DNA of 64,000 nt from positions 31,992,001 to 32,056,000 of the forward strand of contig NC_043001.1 in the NCBI RefSeq assembly GCF_006345805.1, given 5' to 3'. The position numbers were made by a program, and so were the translations under genes. The notes under the pieces were generated by a model. The model made no database searches. It was not told where the DNA came from and was given only the letters and a program-made list of their open reading frames with translations. The DNA comes from Octopus sinensis. Its lineage: Eukaryota. Shown piece after piece: positions 38,739 through 50,769 of this stretch; the stretch's first letter is position 1, and every line of letters begins with the position of its first letter.

Positions 38739-38801
<63 letters not shown>

Positions 38802-38910
38802 GTATATATATAAGTTAATCCAAACAAGAAAGCACAAAAAAAAACACAACGTGAGGACGTGGAACAAATATAGTATTATTGGACGCTCAGGAAAGAAGGA
38901 AAGAAAGAGG

Positions 38911-38945
38911 GTTTAACGTTTCGAGCGGAGCTCTTCGTCGGAAAC
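38911..38945 (-). ncRNA. Minimal Penelope-type hammerhead motif with a CCGACGA core
   Basis: Minus strand: GTTT CCGACGA A GAGC-tcc-GCTC GAAA CG TT AAAC; palindromic stem III. Confidence 0.55.
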
Positions 38946-39030
38946 ATAGGAGAAGGAAAGATCCAGAGAAGGGAAGACAGAGGAAAAAAAATCGCCAACG
39001 GTACACACGCGGTCACATTTTGAAACACAA

Positions 39031-39062
<32 letters not shown>

Positions 39063-39254
39063 TCACAAAGGAATAGAGCGAGAAACAGACTATCTGAAGA
39101 CTATGGAAATACCTACAAAACATTTCATTTAATTTTTTTTCTCCAATTTGTTTTTCTTATTCTACTCTTTGTTGAAAAAGTCTAAAAGACGGAAACCGGT
39201 GCCAAAATGTACTTCGTGATAAAATTATTTTAGCATTTTCTACTGTGTCTTATT

Positions 39255-39292
<38 letters not shown>

Positions 39293-39712
39293 CATATGTA
39301 TTTGAATACATTATGTAAGCATATACAACACACATACACACACAGATACATACACACAAACGTGGAATATTACAAATATTTTTGCAAAAAATATACTTTA
39401 TCACCATGTTTTTGACAGTTTTGGGATGCATTATCCATGATCTATATATATACATACTCATAAGTACGTATATAAATAAATATATATATATATTATATAT
39501 ATATTATATATATATATATATATATATTTGTATGTCGGTGTGTGTGTGTGTGTAGATAAGTTTGCTTGTGTGTGGTAGGAAGTTTTGCTTGTCAACCAAC
39601 ACTGGTTCCACTCTGTGGCATAGAGGCAGGTGTCTTCTACTATAGTCTCGGGCCGACCAAAGCCTGAATAGATTGGTACACGGAAACTGAAAGAAGCCTG
39701 TTGTGTGTGTGC

Positions 39713-39758
<46 letters not shown>

Positions 39759-39828
39759 GTTAAAATAAAATCAGACAACAAAGCCAATACTGTGTGGAAT
39801 GTGTAGGACATTTATAAAGAGGAAGTTA

Positions 39829-39876
39829 GTCTTAAAGCTGTTTCTGGGATGTTAGGGATATCTCTTTATCAGAGAC
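39829..39876 (-). ncRNA. Type I hammerhead-like motif (GTCT/AGAC family), degenerate
   Basis: Minus strand: GTCT CTGATAA agagatatccctaacatccca GAAA CAGCTT TA AGAC. Confidence 0.5.
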
Positions 39877-39954
39877 GATATGAGAGATTTAATTACAGGC
39901 AAATAGTAAAGTTCAATATAAGGAGTTATTTGGGAAAATGATGGATTTAGGAAG

Positions 39955-40860
39955 TGCTAGATGACGTGCCCGGTAATTCCTGGGAAAGCGGGGTTTATCC
40001 CTTGGTTCCGCTCTCATAATTGTTTTGCTAATCCAGTAACAACAATACAAAGTATGTAGCCCTTAAAACGGTTTTTGTACATTTATTGAGAATACCGAAC
40101 TGTCTTACACAGGATCTTGTTTTTAAGAATTCCTAATATGTTATGAATACCCAAATTGTGAAGTAAGTTATCTAAAAACATGAAATTAATTACTCGATAG
40201 TAAGAATTCAAATAAAGTAGCCTCGGAAAGGACTTTAATACGTTCTCCGAATATATAGAACATAGGAGGAAATACTAATAAGGTATGTATACTAAAATTG
40301 TGAAGCATATTACGTAATAACAGGCTAATCAGATATGAGATATAACAATTGAAGTAAATAACTCTGAAAAAACGCTTCTGTGCGTTCGCAGAGAATATTA
40401 CCCTTAACGGCGCTAGTGTTGGTATATTTGAATAATTCACTAGCTGAAATAAGTGGATCTATTGTTTAGGAAAATACTATTTACTTGTTTTAGCTCTGTA
40501 CTGGAGAAATTGCGAAAATAACTCAAATAGTTCAATTACTAAGAAATATGCCCACTGAATTTGATTTCTACGAAGTAATTTAAGGTCACAAAGCAGCTAT
40601 TTCCCTTGGCTATATATAATGATCCCTTTCAGGAGCGAATGGGTTATTTCCCTTGGATGTTTAAATATAATATATTAGTTATATGTAGTAGATATAAGAA
40701 TCCCTCCCAGGTGCCCTATTATCGATTCTTTTCAACAATGTAAGTATGTCGCTAGTTTTCCAGACATGAGTTCTACTCACATGTCAAGTTTCATCAAAAT
40801 CGATAAAACGTTGTAGGAGGAGTTAGATAACAACGCCACAAACAAACATAGTCACAGATT
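39955..40860 (+). mobile_element. Possible non-autonomous Helentron/HINE-like element
   Basis: Starts CTAGATGACGTGCCCGG; ends with AAGTTTCATCAAAATCG...GGAGGAGTTAG...ACAAACAAAC, reminiscent of DINE-1/HINE termini (resemblance only). Confidence 0.35.
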
Positions 40861-40929
40861 TCCACATATGTAGTAGATAAAGAAAAATAAGAGACTAAAA
40901 TATTTATAACTTTATTTATTTTTTAAGCA

Positions 40930-41196
40930 ACCTTTTCAAGCCTATCCAGGCTCATGGGCCTGACTTCCCGGTTCCTGTGGCGTATGTGTTCCCCTCAGCT
41001 GAACGGGACGCCAGTCCATCGCACCGTTACCCAAGAAACAGGAAGAAAGTGTGAGAGAAAGTTTGGGTGAAAGAGTACAACAGGGGTCACCAGGTGTTTT
41101 CGCTCAATAAACACACACAACGCCCAGTCTGGGAATCGAAACCGCGATCTTCTCACTGCGAGTCCTCTGCCCTAACCACTGGGCCATTGCGCCTCC
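40930..41196 (-). mobile_element. SINE family B, internally deleted
   Basis: Head GGAGGCGCAATGGCCCAGTGG on the minus strand. Confidence 0.8.
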
Positions 41197-41227
41197 AATG
41201 TTTATAATTATTATATAATTAATATGA

Positions 41228-41268
<41 letters not shown>

Positions 41269-41579
41269 TATCGGATACACGTACACATATATTCATGGAT
41301 ATACATACAAATGCAGATGGATACATACACGCACAAATGTAAGGGTTAAAACTAAGTCATCGATATTAGGTATTATAAGGCGAGGGTGAATAGAATTTCA
41401 ATGCTGGCCCTTACGTATTCATGATGATTATGATGACGAGGGTGGTAATGAGGATTACGATGATAACGAAAACTTCGACAACGATGGCAATGATTATAAT
41501 TTTCTCGTCAGCCTCCAGATTCTGCTTCACGTCCCCTTTATCTCTCCCACCCCTTCTCTGCCACCCCTTCCTCTTGCTT

Positions 41580-42005
41580 TTTCTTCTTCTTCTTCTTCTT
41601 CTACTACTACTACTACTACTACTACTACTGCCACCATCACTACCATCACCACTATGGCTGCTGCTCCTGCTCTTCCAACACCACCTCCACCACCACTACC
41701 ACCTCCACCACCACTCCCTCCTCCTCCTCCTACTACTACTACTACTACTACTACCACTACCACTACTACCACCACCACCATTGCCACCACTCTTCCTTGT
41801 GCTGTTGCTGCCCCTCCAACACCACCACCATCACCTCCAGATCCACCACCACCACCTCTTACTCCTCCTCCTCCAACTACCTCCAGTACCGCCACCACTC
41901 TCGTCCTGCTGCTGCTGCTGTTGTTCCTCCAACACTATTTCCACCACCTTCACCTCTTCCCCTCCTCCTACAATCATCACAACTACAACTGCTGCTGTTG
42001 CTGCT
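41580..42005. repeat. Compound CTT/CTA/CCA/CTG trinucleotide repeats
   Basis: Direct reading. Confidence 0.9.
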
Positions 42006-42826
42006 TTTATCCACCCCCATTCAACCCTTATGCTAATGCATACTTGCACGTTCCCATTTATATTTCGATATTCCGTTTCCTGAGACTCTGCGACTCTGTT
42101 ACTGTGCCTCGTCCCAAACTCATTTAAACACCCCCCTCACCCCCTTCAACTGGCTCGTGTTGGATCCTCGAAAAGACGACGCAAGAAATATAACAGGAAG
42201 AAAAGTAAGAAGTATTCACAGTAAAAAAAAAAAAAAATCCAAAAAACAAAAACAAAATGAAAAACAAAAAACTAATGAAGGATGACAGCTGGTTGTTGGA
42301 ATCGGCGAAATAAATGCTTTGGATTTCACAGAGATGATTCAGATGGGATGAAACGATGAATTGCGAAGGGTTAACGGGAAAATATTTGAACTGGTTGGAG
42401 TGGTACAAAAACAAAAACAAACAAAAAAGAACCCCCCAACAAAATATCCAACAAAATAAAAAAAACAGCAACATAAAAACAAAAGAAAAACAATGAATGG
42501 TTAAGGAGACGCATACATGTAACATAAATACGCATACATTTATGTGTGCGTGCGTGTGTGTGTGTGTGTGTATATATATATATGCGTATATATATATATA
42601 TATATACGCGTACATATATATTTTCTTTCTTCTTCTACAAGAATATTGTTAACAGTAATTTCGAAGTTTCGTATAGTTAAGTAATCGTCCGACTGAACGA
42701 AACTTCGACGTCACTGTCAACTATATTCATGTTTAAGAATAAACTTGTACTCTACAAAAGTATAGAGTAACCCGTCACTTAATGCAACATTGTTTTTATT
42801 ATAAGTACACATAGAAACAGAGAGTA

Positions 42827-42859
<33 letters not shown>

Positions 42860-42905
42860 CATATATATACATATACATACATACACATATATATATATAT
42901 ATATA

Positions 42906-45900
42906 AAGGATGTGTTATAACACTATTCCACGTATACAAAAACAGCCATACCAACAATCCAACATGCTTCCATCATCAGCTGCCCCACGGATATAATTGT
43001 GGTTTCGACACCTGGGCAGTACCATTCAATCCGGTGGTGTTAACAGCACTAAAAGAAGTACTGGTTGTGAATAAACATACCAAAAAGCAAAACACACAAC
43101 TTTCAAACATATTTACCCTGTGTACAACAGTATTCAATCTAAATATAGACAGGATTAAACACTAACTTTAAAATTAAACTACAAGAAACATATAAATTTA
43201 TCTACATCTGTATCGGTATTAAAAGTAAACCTGCGATAACTAAATTATATACTATATAACAGCCAATCTTTAAGCCCATACTAATAATAATCCCACCAGT
43301 CTTCCATAGTTACTACTATAATAACAGAAAGTTAAAGCTTTATTTCAATTCTCTCCAAAACAAAAACACGTTTGAATTTAATGAATAATATAATAATTAT
43401 GAGTGAAATACATCATTTCATAATTCAAAAGTTAATAATAAAAACACTACATACACTTAATATTTATTACCCTTACAAGCTATAATGTAAACTTACCAGT
43501 AACTAATAGAAACATTAAATTTATTGATTAGGAACTAATAAAAATATACTTGTAATTAACTATTACTATAAAACTCTGCTACGATTGAAGCTAAATGAAA
43601 ACTGTTTAACAGATAATAAAACTACACAGTATTAACACTTACATGTTTTTTTCAAGCGACATGGTTCCATTACTTCTAGAACTTAAAATATTATTTTAAC
43701 TATAGATGGCGTAGTACGTAATTACTACTTCGTCAATTGTCTCAAACAATATTGGTGACGTAGTAAGCAAATTATTTGAATCGTAAACATTCCAGATCTT
43801 TACAAATATTTGCTTGGTTGAAGACTAACTACTAACCCATATTTATTTAAAATTTCAGCAGCAATTACAAGTTTTAGCCAATTTACCATATCTATACCCT
43901 TGTTTTATGAAATATCTTAAGAACATATTTATTCTATACAAACATCTATTAGCATTATTAATAATAGTACTATATCTGACTATTTGCCTTGCCAAAACAT
44001 CATAACCAATAAAAGAAGGAATTCTACTACTAATCCATGGCATGGAAGCCACTTGGAAACCAAAATCTTCTATAAAATTCTTCTATAAATGTCAGTACAT
44101 ATTTCATTATTATCCTTAATTACTAAATTGACATATAAATAATTAATATTCCTTATATTGTTACCATTTCTAGTGGATATAAGCTCACTGGGGTATATTT
44201 TTCTGAGTAAAAAAAAGATACTTAGGTACAAATCGTGGCACTCCGTCGGTTACGACGACGTGAGTTCCAGTTGATCCGATCAACGGAACATCTTGCTCGT
44301 GAAATTAATGTACAATTGGCTGAGCACTCCACAGACACGTGTACTCTTAACGTGGTTCTCGGGGAGATTCAGCGTGACAGAGAGTGTGACAAGACCGACC
44401 CTTTGAAATACAGGTACATCAGAAAGAGGAAGACAGAGTGAGAGAAAGTCGTGGTGAAAGAGTACAGCAGAGTTCGCCACCCTCCCCTACCTGAGCCGCG
44501 TGGAGCTTTGGGTGTTTTCGCTCAATAAACACTCACAACGCCCAGTCTGGGAATCGAAACCGCGATCCTACGACCGTGAGTCCGCTGCCCTAACCACTGG
44601 GCCATTGCACCTCCAGGTATAAATATATCATCTATGTATCTGCAGCATCCATTAAGTAAAGCAATCTTTTTCCTTGCGCATAGGTCTTTAAGGAAAAGGA
44701 ACTCGCATGAAGAAATATAAAGGTCCATCAACAGAGGGCTACAATTGCCACCCAGTGGATATCCCCTAACTTGCCGAAACACCCTACACGCAAACATAAA
44801 ACGAATTATTAACAATAAAACTAATAATTTCTTTCATCTTTCTTTTAGTATATCCCTACAACAGCAATTAGACAAGAAACCGTTACCATTCTTTAAAGAT
44901 ATACATTTATATGTCTTATTAAAATAGTGTTTAATATTCTCAAAATACCATCTTCCACATATTTAAAATTTAAGTTTGTATATAGTGTCGAAAAACCATG
45001 CACATACATACTCTAAACTTTCTTACATTTGATCAATCTTCCCAGAAATTCCTTAGCTGAACTAATATTTGAAGAATAATTAATTCCTGAACTGTTATAA
45101 ATTTTATCAGAATATTTTGAAAAATATGTTCTAACAACTTTTAAAGCATCATTAACCAAAATAGATAGCTGTTTCTTTGTACAGTTACTAGCTCCTGCTA
45201 TGAATCTTATTTTAAAATGAACTTTATGTAGTTTAGGAATCCAAAAAACTCAAGGGATATTTTTATCCTTTTCTTCCATTTCTAAACCACTCAAACTTGC
45301 TACTATGAGTATAAGTCAATTAACTAACTCGGCGTTTTCTCGTATAACTTTGTATGTATTATTACCTATGAACTTAAATTCCTACCCACTCCTAACTATT
45401 TACCTACAACCATCATCTAATATTTTTACAAATTACTACAAAATTCTCAGTTGCTTTATCTGCTGGTACTATTACATACTTTTTATGTAATTCATTTATA
45501 TATTCTTTAATTAGTGGTTTATTCAGAACTGAATCTTTCCCCATCCACTTATTTTTAACTACCATATAAGTTAATGTGCTAATCCAGCTACTGAACTCCT
45601 CCAATTTGACCTTATATTTGAGACTTAATTTAACTATGAATTCATTAATAGCTTTTAATATAACTTTCTTTTAATTATATTTACTAATGTAACTGTGTTC
45701 TCTGTATTTTGTCCCTTTACTCATAATCTCCCTTAGTTCCTTATTTTTAATAATATCTAAATTTCCTGTATAAACATTTCTTTATAACTAACTTCGAATT
45801 ATCACATTTACAATCTTCTAAATATATTTCTTTCAAACATTCAAGACTAATTTTTGATAGAATCTTATAATTAAATATACATATATGATGGACTTTCCTG

Positions 45901-45950
45901 TCGTTAGACGACGTATGGAGGGTTCGACAATCTTTTATCGAACAGCCCCA
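42906..45950 (-). mobile_element. 5'-truncated, degenerate Penelope-like retroelement of Naiad type (CxC linker plus C-terminal RT)
   Basis: IFNYK...DCKC...KGTKYRE...HKKYVIVPADKATENFVVICK...FRQVRGYPLGGNCSPLLMDLY...RYIDD...IPSFIGYDVLARQIVRY; RT ~45890-43780, then an AT-rich 3' region up to a microsatellite. Confidence 0.85.
44233..44614 (-). mobile_element. SINE family B inserted into the PLE RT
   Basis: TSD AGGTACAAA (44224-44232) / AGGTATAAA (44615-44623). Confidence 0.95.
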
Positions 45951-46339
45951 CAAATGATTTGTTTATAGTGATGAAATGTTTGTGTAGACATAAGCTCGTT
46001 CCCTCCATCAAATCGATATTACCCATATAGGTGCAACCGGTGTCACATTTCAGATGTCAAAATGATCGCAGAGCACACATACATACATACATACATACAT
46101 ACATACATACATACATACATACATACATACATACATACATACATACGCATACATACATACATACACATACAGACATACACACAAACACACACACACACAT
46201 CGGCACACGCCCTCACATATATATTACTACAGTGCAGATGAACTACTGGGAGAACCTGATAAAACTACAACTTGATTCCCTGGAATAAAACTTGAGAGAT
46301 ATGTAATAATTTATATGTAAAAATTCTGGAAGTGCTAGT

Positions 46340-46750
46340 ACCTTACTTTGGTCCGTACTGGACGCTATTGTATGTTAACAAACGTACCATCTCCTCCATC
46401 CAAAGTAAGGCCCAGAGTACAATGGCTCACACCTCTTCAATGTTCTGTCAAAATAATTAAGAAACCATCACAATGTGGAAGTGAATGTTTTCAAAAAGGA
46501 ATTGGGAATTTTCCTGTCAACAATACTAGTTAAAACCAACGCCCCGGCATGAAGTAAGAACAAAGGTGGCATTGTCACATTCATTCATACACCAAATTCG
46601 CCAAAGACCAGGAAAAATATCTCACATGTATGAGGGGTGATGTGAAATTCCATCACCCAGAAGAAACCAACTGCATTAGAGTTCTGTGGAAAGAGTGCAA
46701 AGTTACGGTGTTGCTCCAGCATGAGTGCAGCAGCACAGCTGAAACGCATA
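46340..46750 (+). mobile_element. CR1-like LINE 3' end, related to 16145
   Basis: YNGSHLFNVLSK*LRNHHNVEVNVFKKELGIFL; tail CTCCAGCATG...CAGC-agcaca-GCTGAAAC. Confidence 0.65.
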
Positions 46751-46856
46751 ATAGAGATACGTAGGGTTTTCTATTATAGACTCGGGTCAAGTGACGCCTT
46801 GTGAGTGAATTTGGTAGACAGAAACGGAAAGAAACACGTCGTATATATATATATAT

Positions 46857-46906
<50 letters not shown>

Positions 46907-47100
46907 GTGTTCGGGCGCACATGTGTAGGTATGAACATGCGTGCTTACGCGAATACTATGAACTTTTTTAGCCCCTTGCTTTTACTCCCTCTCTTCACTT
47001 AGCGGTCTTTCAAATAGCTCTTTTGTCTTAATAACGGTCAATCACACAGTAATTTCCCTTTGCATAACGGTAATTTTTCATATCATTTTTCCAATGGCCG

Positions 47101-47161
47101 GATAACTGAAGAGATGGCGGCGTGGATTTCCACCTCGGCATCCGAAACTCGTAGTTTTATC
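47101..47161 (+). ncRNA. Degenerate Penelope-type hammerhead motif
   Basis: gataa CTGAAGA GATG...GTGG-attt-CCAC...CATC c GAAA CTCG TA gttttatc. Confidence 0.4.
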
Positions 47162-47261
47162 ATGGCTACCGAATAATTGTCACATATTACATTTACAGGT
47201 AATTCCTCTATTTACATAATATCGAGGTCTCTTTCATTCTTTTGTTGTCTTAACATTTTTA

Positions 47262-47316
<55 letters not shown>

Positions 47317-47849
47317 AGGATTCAAGTGAATTAAGTGCTTAAATTGAGGCAGCAAGCCAGTTCGGTATAATCCACGCAGCTTGACGTTAGGTGAATAGAA
47401 AGCAGGCCGTTTCAAGCGGCTCTATTTGATCGATCGATGAAAACATTACATCAGTTTGAGATAAACTGCTCTCCTCGGACGCAGACGACCTTATCACTTT
47501 CCAACATAAAAGGTAAACGATTATTTTTTAGCAAATTTTCATCAGTACAAGATACTGAAATAATTACATTGTTTCCTTTTGCTATTTTTGTGGCAGAATG
47601 AATTTAGTGGAAAAAAAATGTATATCTAAAGCCTACTGTAATTTAGAGTAACAGAGGAAAATATGGGGGGTGAAGAAAGAGGAAAGGTGAATAGCTACAT
47701 TTTTATTTATTTTTATCACATTCAAAAGACTTAATGCAGCATGCTATCTACAAGCCCTTAGATTGAAATTCATTGGGAATTGACAGTTAAGTTCTTGTTG
47801 GTGGTGATAAATTAATTAGTGTCAGATACACTCTCATATATATATATGT

Positions 47850-48092
47850 ATACATTTATGTGTGTGTGTGTCTTTGTGTTTATGTTTTTCCCCGCCACCA
47901 TCGCTTGAAAACCGATGCTGTTGCTGTGTTTACGTCCCCGTAACTTAGCGGTCCGCGGCAAAAGAGACCGATAGAATAAGTACTAGGCTTACAAAGAATA
48001 AGTTTTGGGATCGATTTATTCGAGTAAAATACCCTTTAAGGTGCTGCTCTAGCATGGCCACAGTCAAATGACTGAATCAAATAAAAGAATAA
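47850..48092 (+). mobile_element. SINE family C, 3' part
   Basis: Matches the family C tail. Confidence 0.85.
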
Positions 48093-48343
48093 AAGAAAAA
48101 AGAAACGCATACACACATACGCCAAACACATACACACACACACACACACACAACACACACACACACAACACACACACACACACACATATGTATATAAATA
48201 TATACTTGCAGAGAATACCCACACATAGACATATGAACAGAAAAATATGTCGGTAGCTATGTACCTACCTGTATATTCATGGAAATTCACCCATTCTTCT
48301 ACCTACCTACATACCTACCTACCTACCTATCTACCTACTTACA

Positions 48344-48393
<50 letters not shown>

Positions 48394-48469
48394 CTTATAT
48401 ATATCTTAAGAAAGAGAGTGCGTGAGTAAAAGGGAGAGAGTGATAGCTTGATAGACAAATATATATATA

Positions 48470-48521
<52 letters not shown>

Positions 48522-48827
48522 CAATTGCAGCGTGGAAGGTGTTTATAAGCCATTTAAGAAACACACAAAACCCGTTAGATTCACTTCAACATTTGAATTT
48601 AATTTGTCAAAATATTTTCCTCGCTTTGTTTTCGTTCCAGCACATGATCTCAGATCAAGACCCTCGCTATGCAAGTACATCTCCGTAACATATATATTAT
48701 ATATATATATATTATATATATACATACACATATGTATGCATACATAGGAATCTATGTATATTGAGAGGGAGAAAGAGAGAAAGAAAGAAGGAAGCAAGGA
48801 AGGAAGGAAGAAGGAAGAAGAAGAAGA

Positions 48828-48865
<38 letters not shown>

Positions 48866-49249
48866 GAAGAAGAAGAGAACGTGAAGTTACTAAACTTATT
48901 TGTGATACAGATAGATTCCGCAGAGCTTGTGGAATAAAATTTTGCAGTGCCCTGATTGCAAGTCGCACGATGCCTCCACAGTTATTTTCAAAAGGAAAAT
49001 GAAAGATAAATAAATACTAATCATACAGCCTCACTACAATTAAAATTCCCAATAATTTTATGTATAATACTTTGGAAATACAATTAGCCAAAATAATAAA
49101 ATTTAAGCTGAAGATATCGTTTTCAAATGCCATTGCTCGATGTTGGCTTTGTGTATTTGTCTATCTACATAGATTCTACTGATGTTTTTTGATCTTAGAG
49201 GAACTCCCCTCTGTAATTGCATTAACTGTTATTATAATTAGATATGAAG

Positions 49250-50270
49250 CAGTGAGATGGAAGATGCGTCGGCACACCGGACAAAATGCGTAGCAGCATT
49301 TCGTCTGTCTTTACGTTCTGAGTTCAAATTCCACCGTGGTCAACTTTGCCTTTCATTCTTCCAGGGTCGATAAAATAAGTAGTAATTGACTTCTCTCCCA
49401 TCCAAATTTGTTGACCATGTGCCAAACTTTGAAAATTATTATTATAAGGCGGTGAGCTGGCGGAATCGTTACCCCACCGGGCGAAAGGCGTAGCCGTATT
49501 TCGTCTGCCGCTACGTTCTGAGTTCAAATTCCGCCGAGGTCGACTTTGCCTTTCATCCTTTCGGGATCGATAAATGAAGTACCAGTTACGCATTGGGGTC
49601 GATGTAATCGACTTAATCCGTTTGTCTGTCCTTGTTTGTCCCTTCTGTGTTTAGCCCCTTGTGGGTAGTAAAGAAATAGGTATTTCGTCTGCCGTTACGT
49701 TCTGAGTTCAAATTCCGCTGAGGTCGAGTTTGCCCTTCGGAGTCAATGAAATAAGTACCAATTTCGCACTGGGGTCGATCTAATCGACTAGCCCGTTCCC
49801 CACCAAAAATTTCAACACCTTGTGCCTAAAGTAGAAAGAATTATTAGCATGCCAGACGAAATGCTTAGTAGCGTTTCGTCCGACTTTGCTTTCCGAGTTC
49901 ACAATCGACCAAGGTCAACTTAGCCTTTCCTTCTTTCTGGGCCGATGAAATAAGTACCAGTCATGTACTAGGGTTCATGTAATCTACTTGCTCCTCTACA
50001 AAAATTTCAGGCTTTGTTCCTATACCAGAAAGGATTATTTTATTAAATGTATCTGAAGACAACGCTGGCGGAATCGTTAGCACATCGGACGAAATACTTT
50101 CCGTCACTTCTTTTATTTCTTTACGATCTGAATTCAAATTCCGCCGAGGTCGATCTTTGCCATTCATTCTTTCGGGGCCGATAAAATAAAATACCAATAT
50201 TCAACAGGTATATATATTTTCGACTTCCCTCTACCCTTAATTTGTTGGTTTTGTACCAAGATTTGAAATA
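49250..50270 (+). mobile_element. Cluster of about five SINE family A units, including a dimer at 49449-49835
   Basis: Repeated heads and cores; the dimer junction matches those of the 27512 trimer. Confidence 0.85.
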
Positions 50271-50511
50271 ATTAATATTGAATGCATCCATCGTTTTATT
50301 TCAACATTGGTAACTATTCCATGCTTGCACCTGGATTCATCAAATCCCTACGAAATTTGTCAAATTGAGTCTTTTTTTTTTATAAAGTTACAATTTTTAT
50401 CTAATTTTGCTTTAACGAATAAAATAAATTTTCTCTACATTTTCATATCTCTAGTTAGCGAAGATACTCTTAAAGACTGATTCGGAGATATGGGTGCGAA
50501 CAAAGAATTTT

Positions 50512-50769
50512 ACTATTTTATTTGTTTCAGTCATTAGACTGCGGTCATGCTGGTGCACCACCTCAAAGAATTTTTAGTCGAAAGAATCGACCCCAGTAAT
50601 AATTTTTTTGGTAACCCTGGTACTTATTCTATAGGTCTTTTTTTTACCGAACCGCTAAGTTATGGGGACATAAACATACTAACACTGGTTGTCAGTTGGT
50701 GGTCCTGGGCAAACACTGACACAAGGGGTACTGGGAACAAACAAACACACACACGCACACATATATATA
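50512..50769 (-). mobile_element. SINE family C, tail half (split by Tc1)
   Basis: Continues at 52060-52236 beyond the transposon. Confidence 0.75.

Noticed and set aside
41421-42127. Pro/Thr/Leu-rich ORFs
   Set aside because: Compound trinucleotide repeats.
42961-43026. GAAA...CTGATGA as a type II hammerhead
   Set aside because: There is no UH site or stem I hairpin and no stem II pairing.
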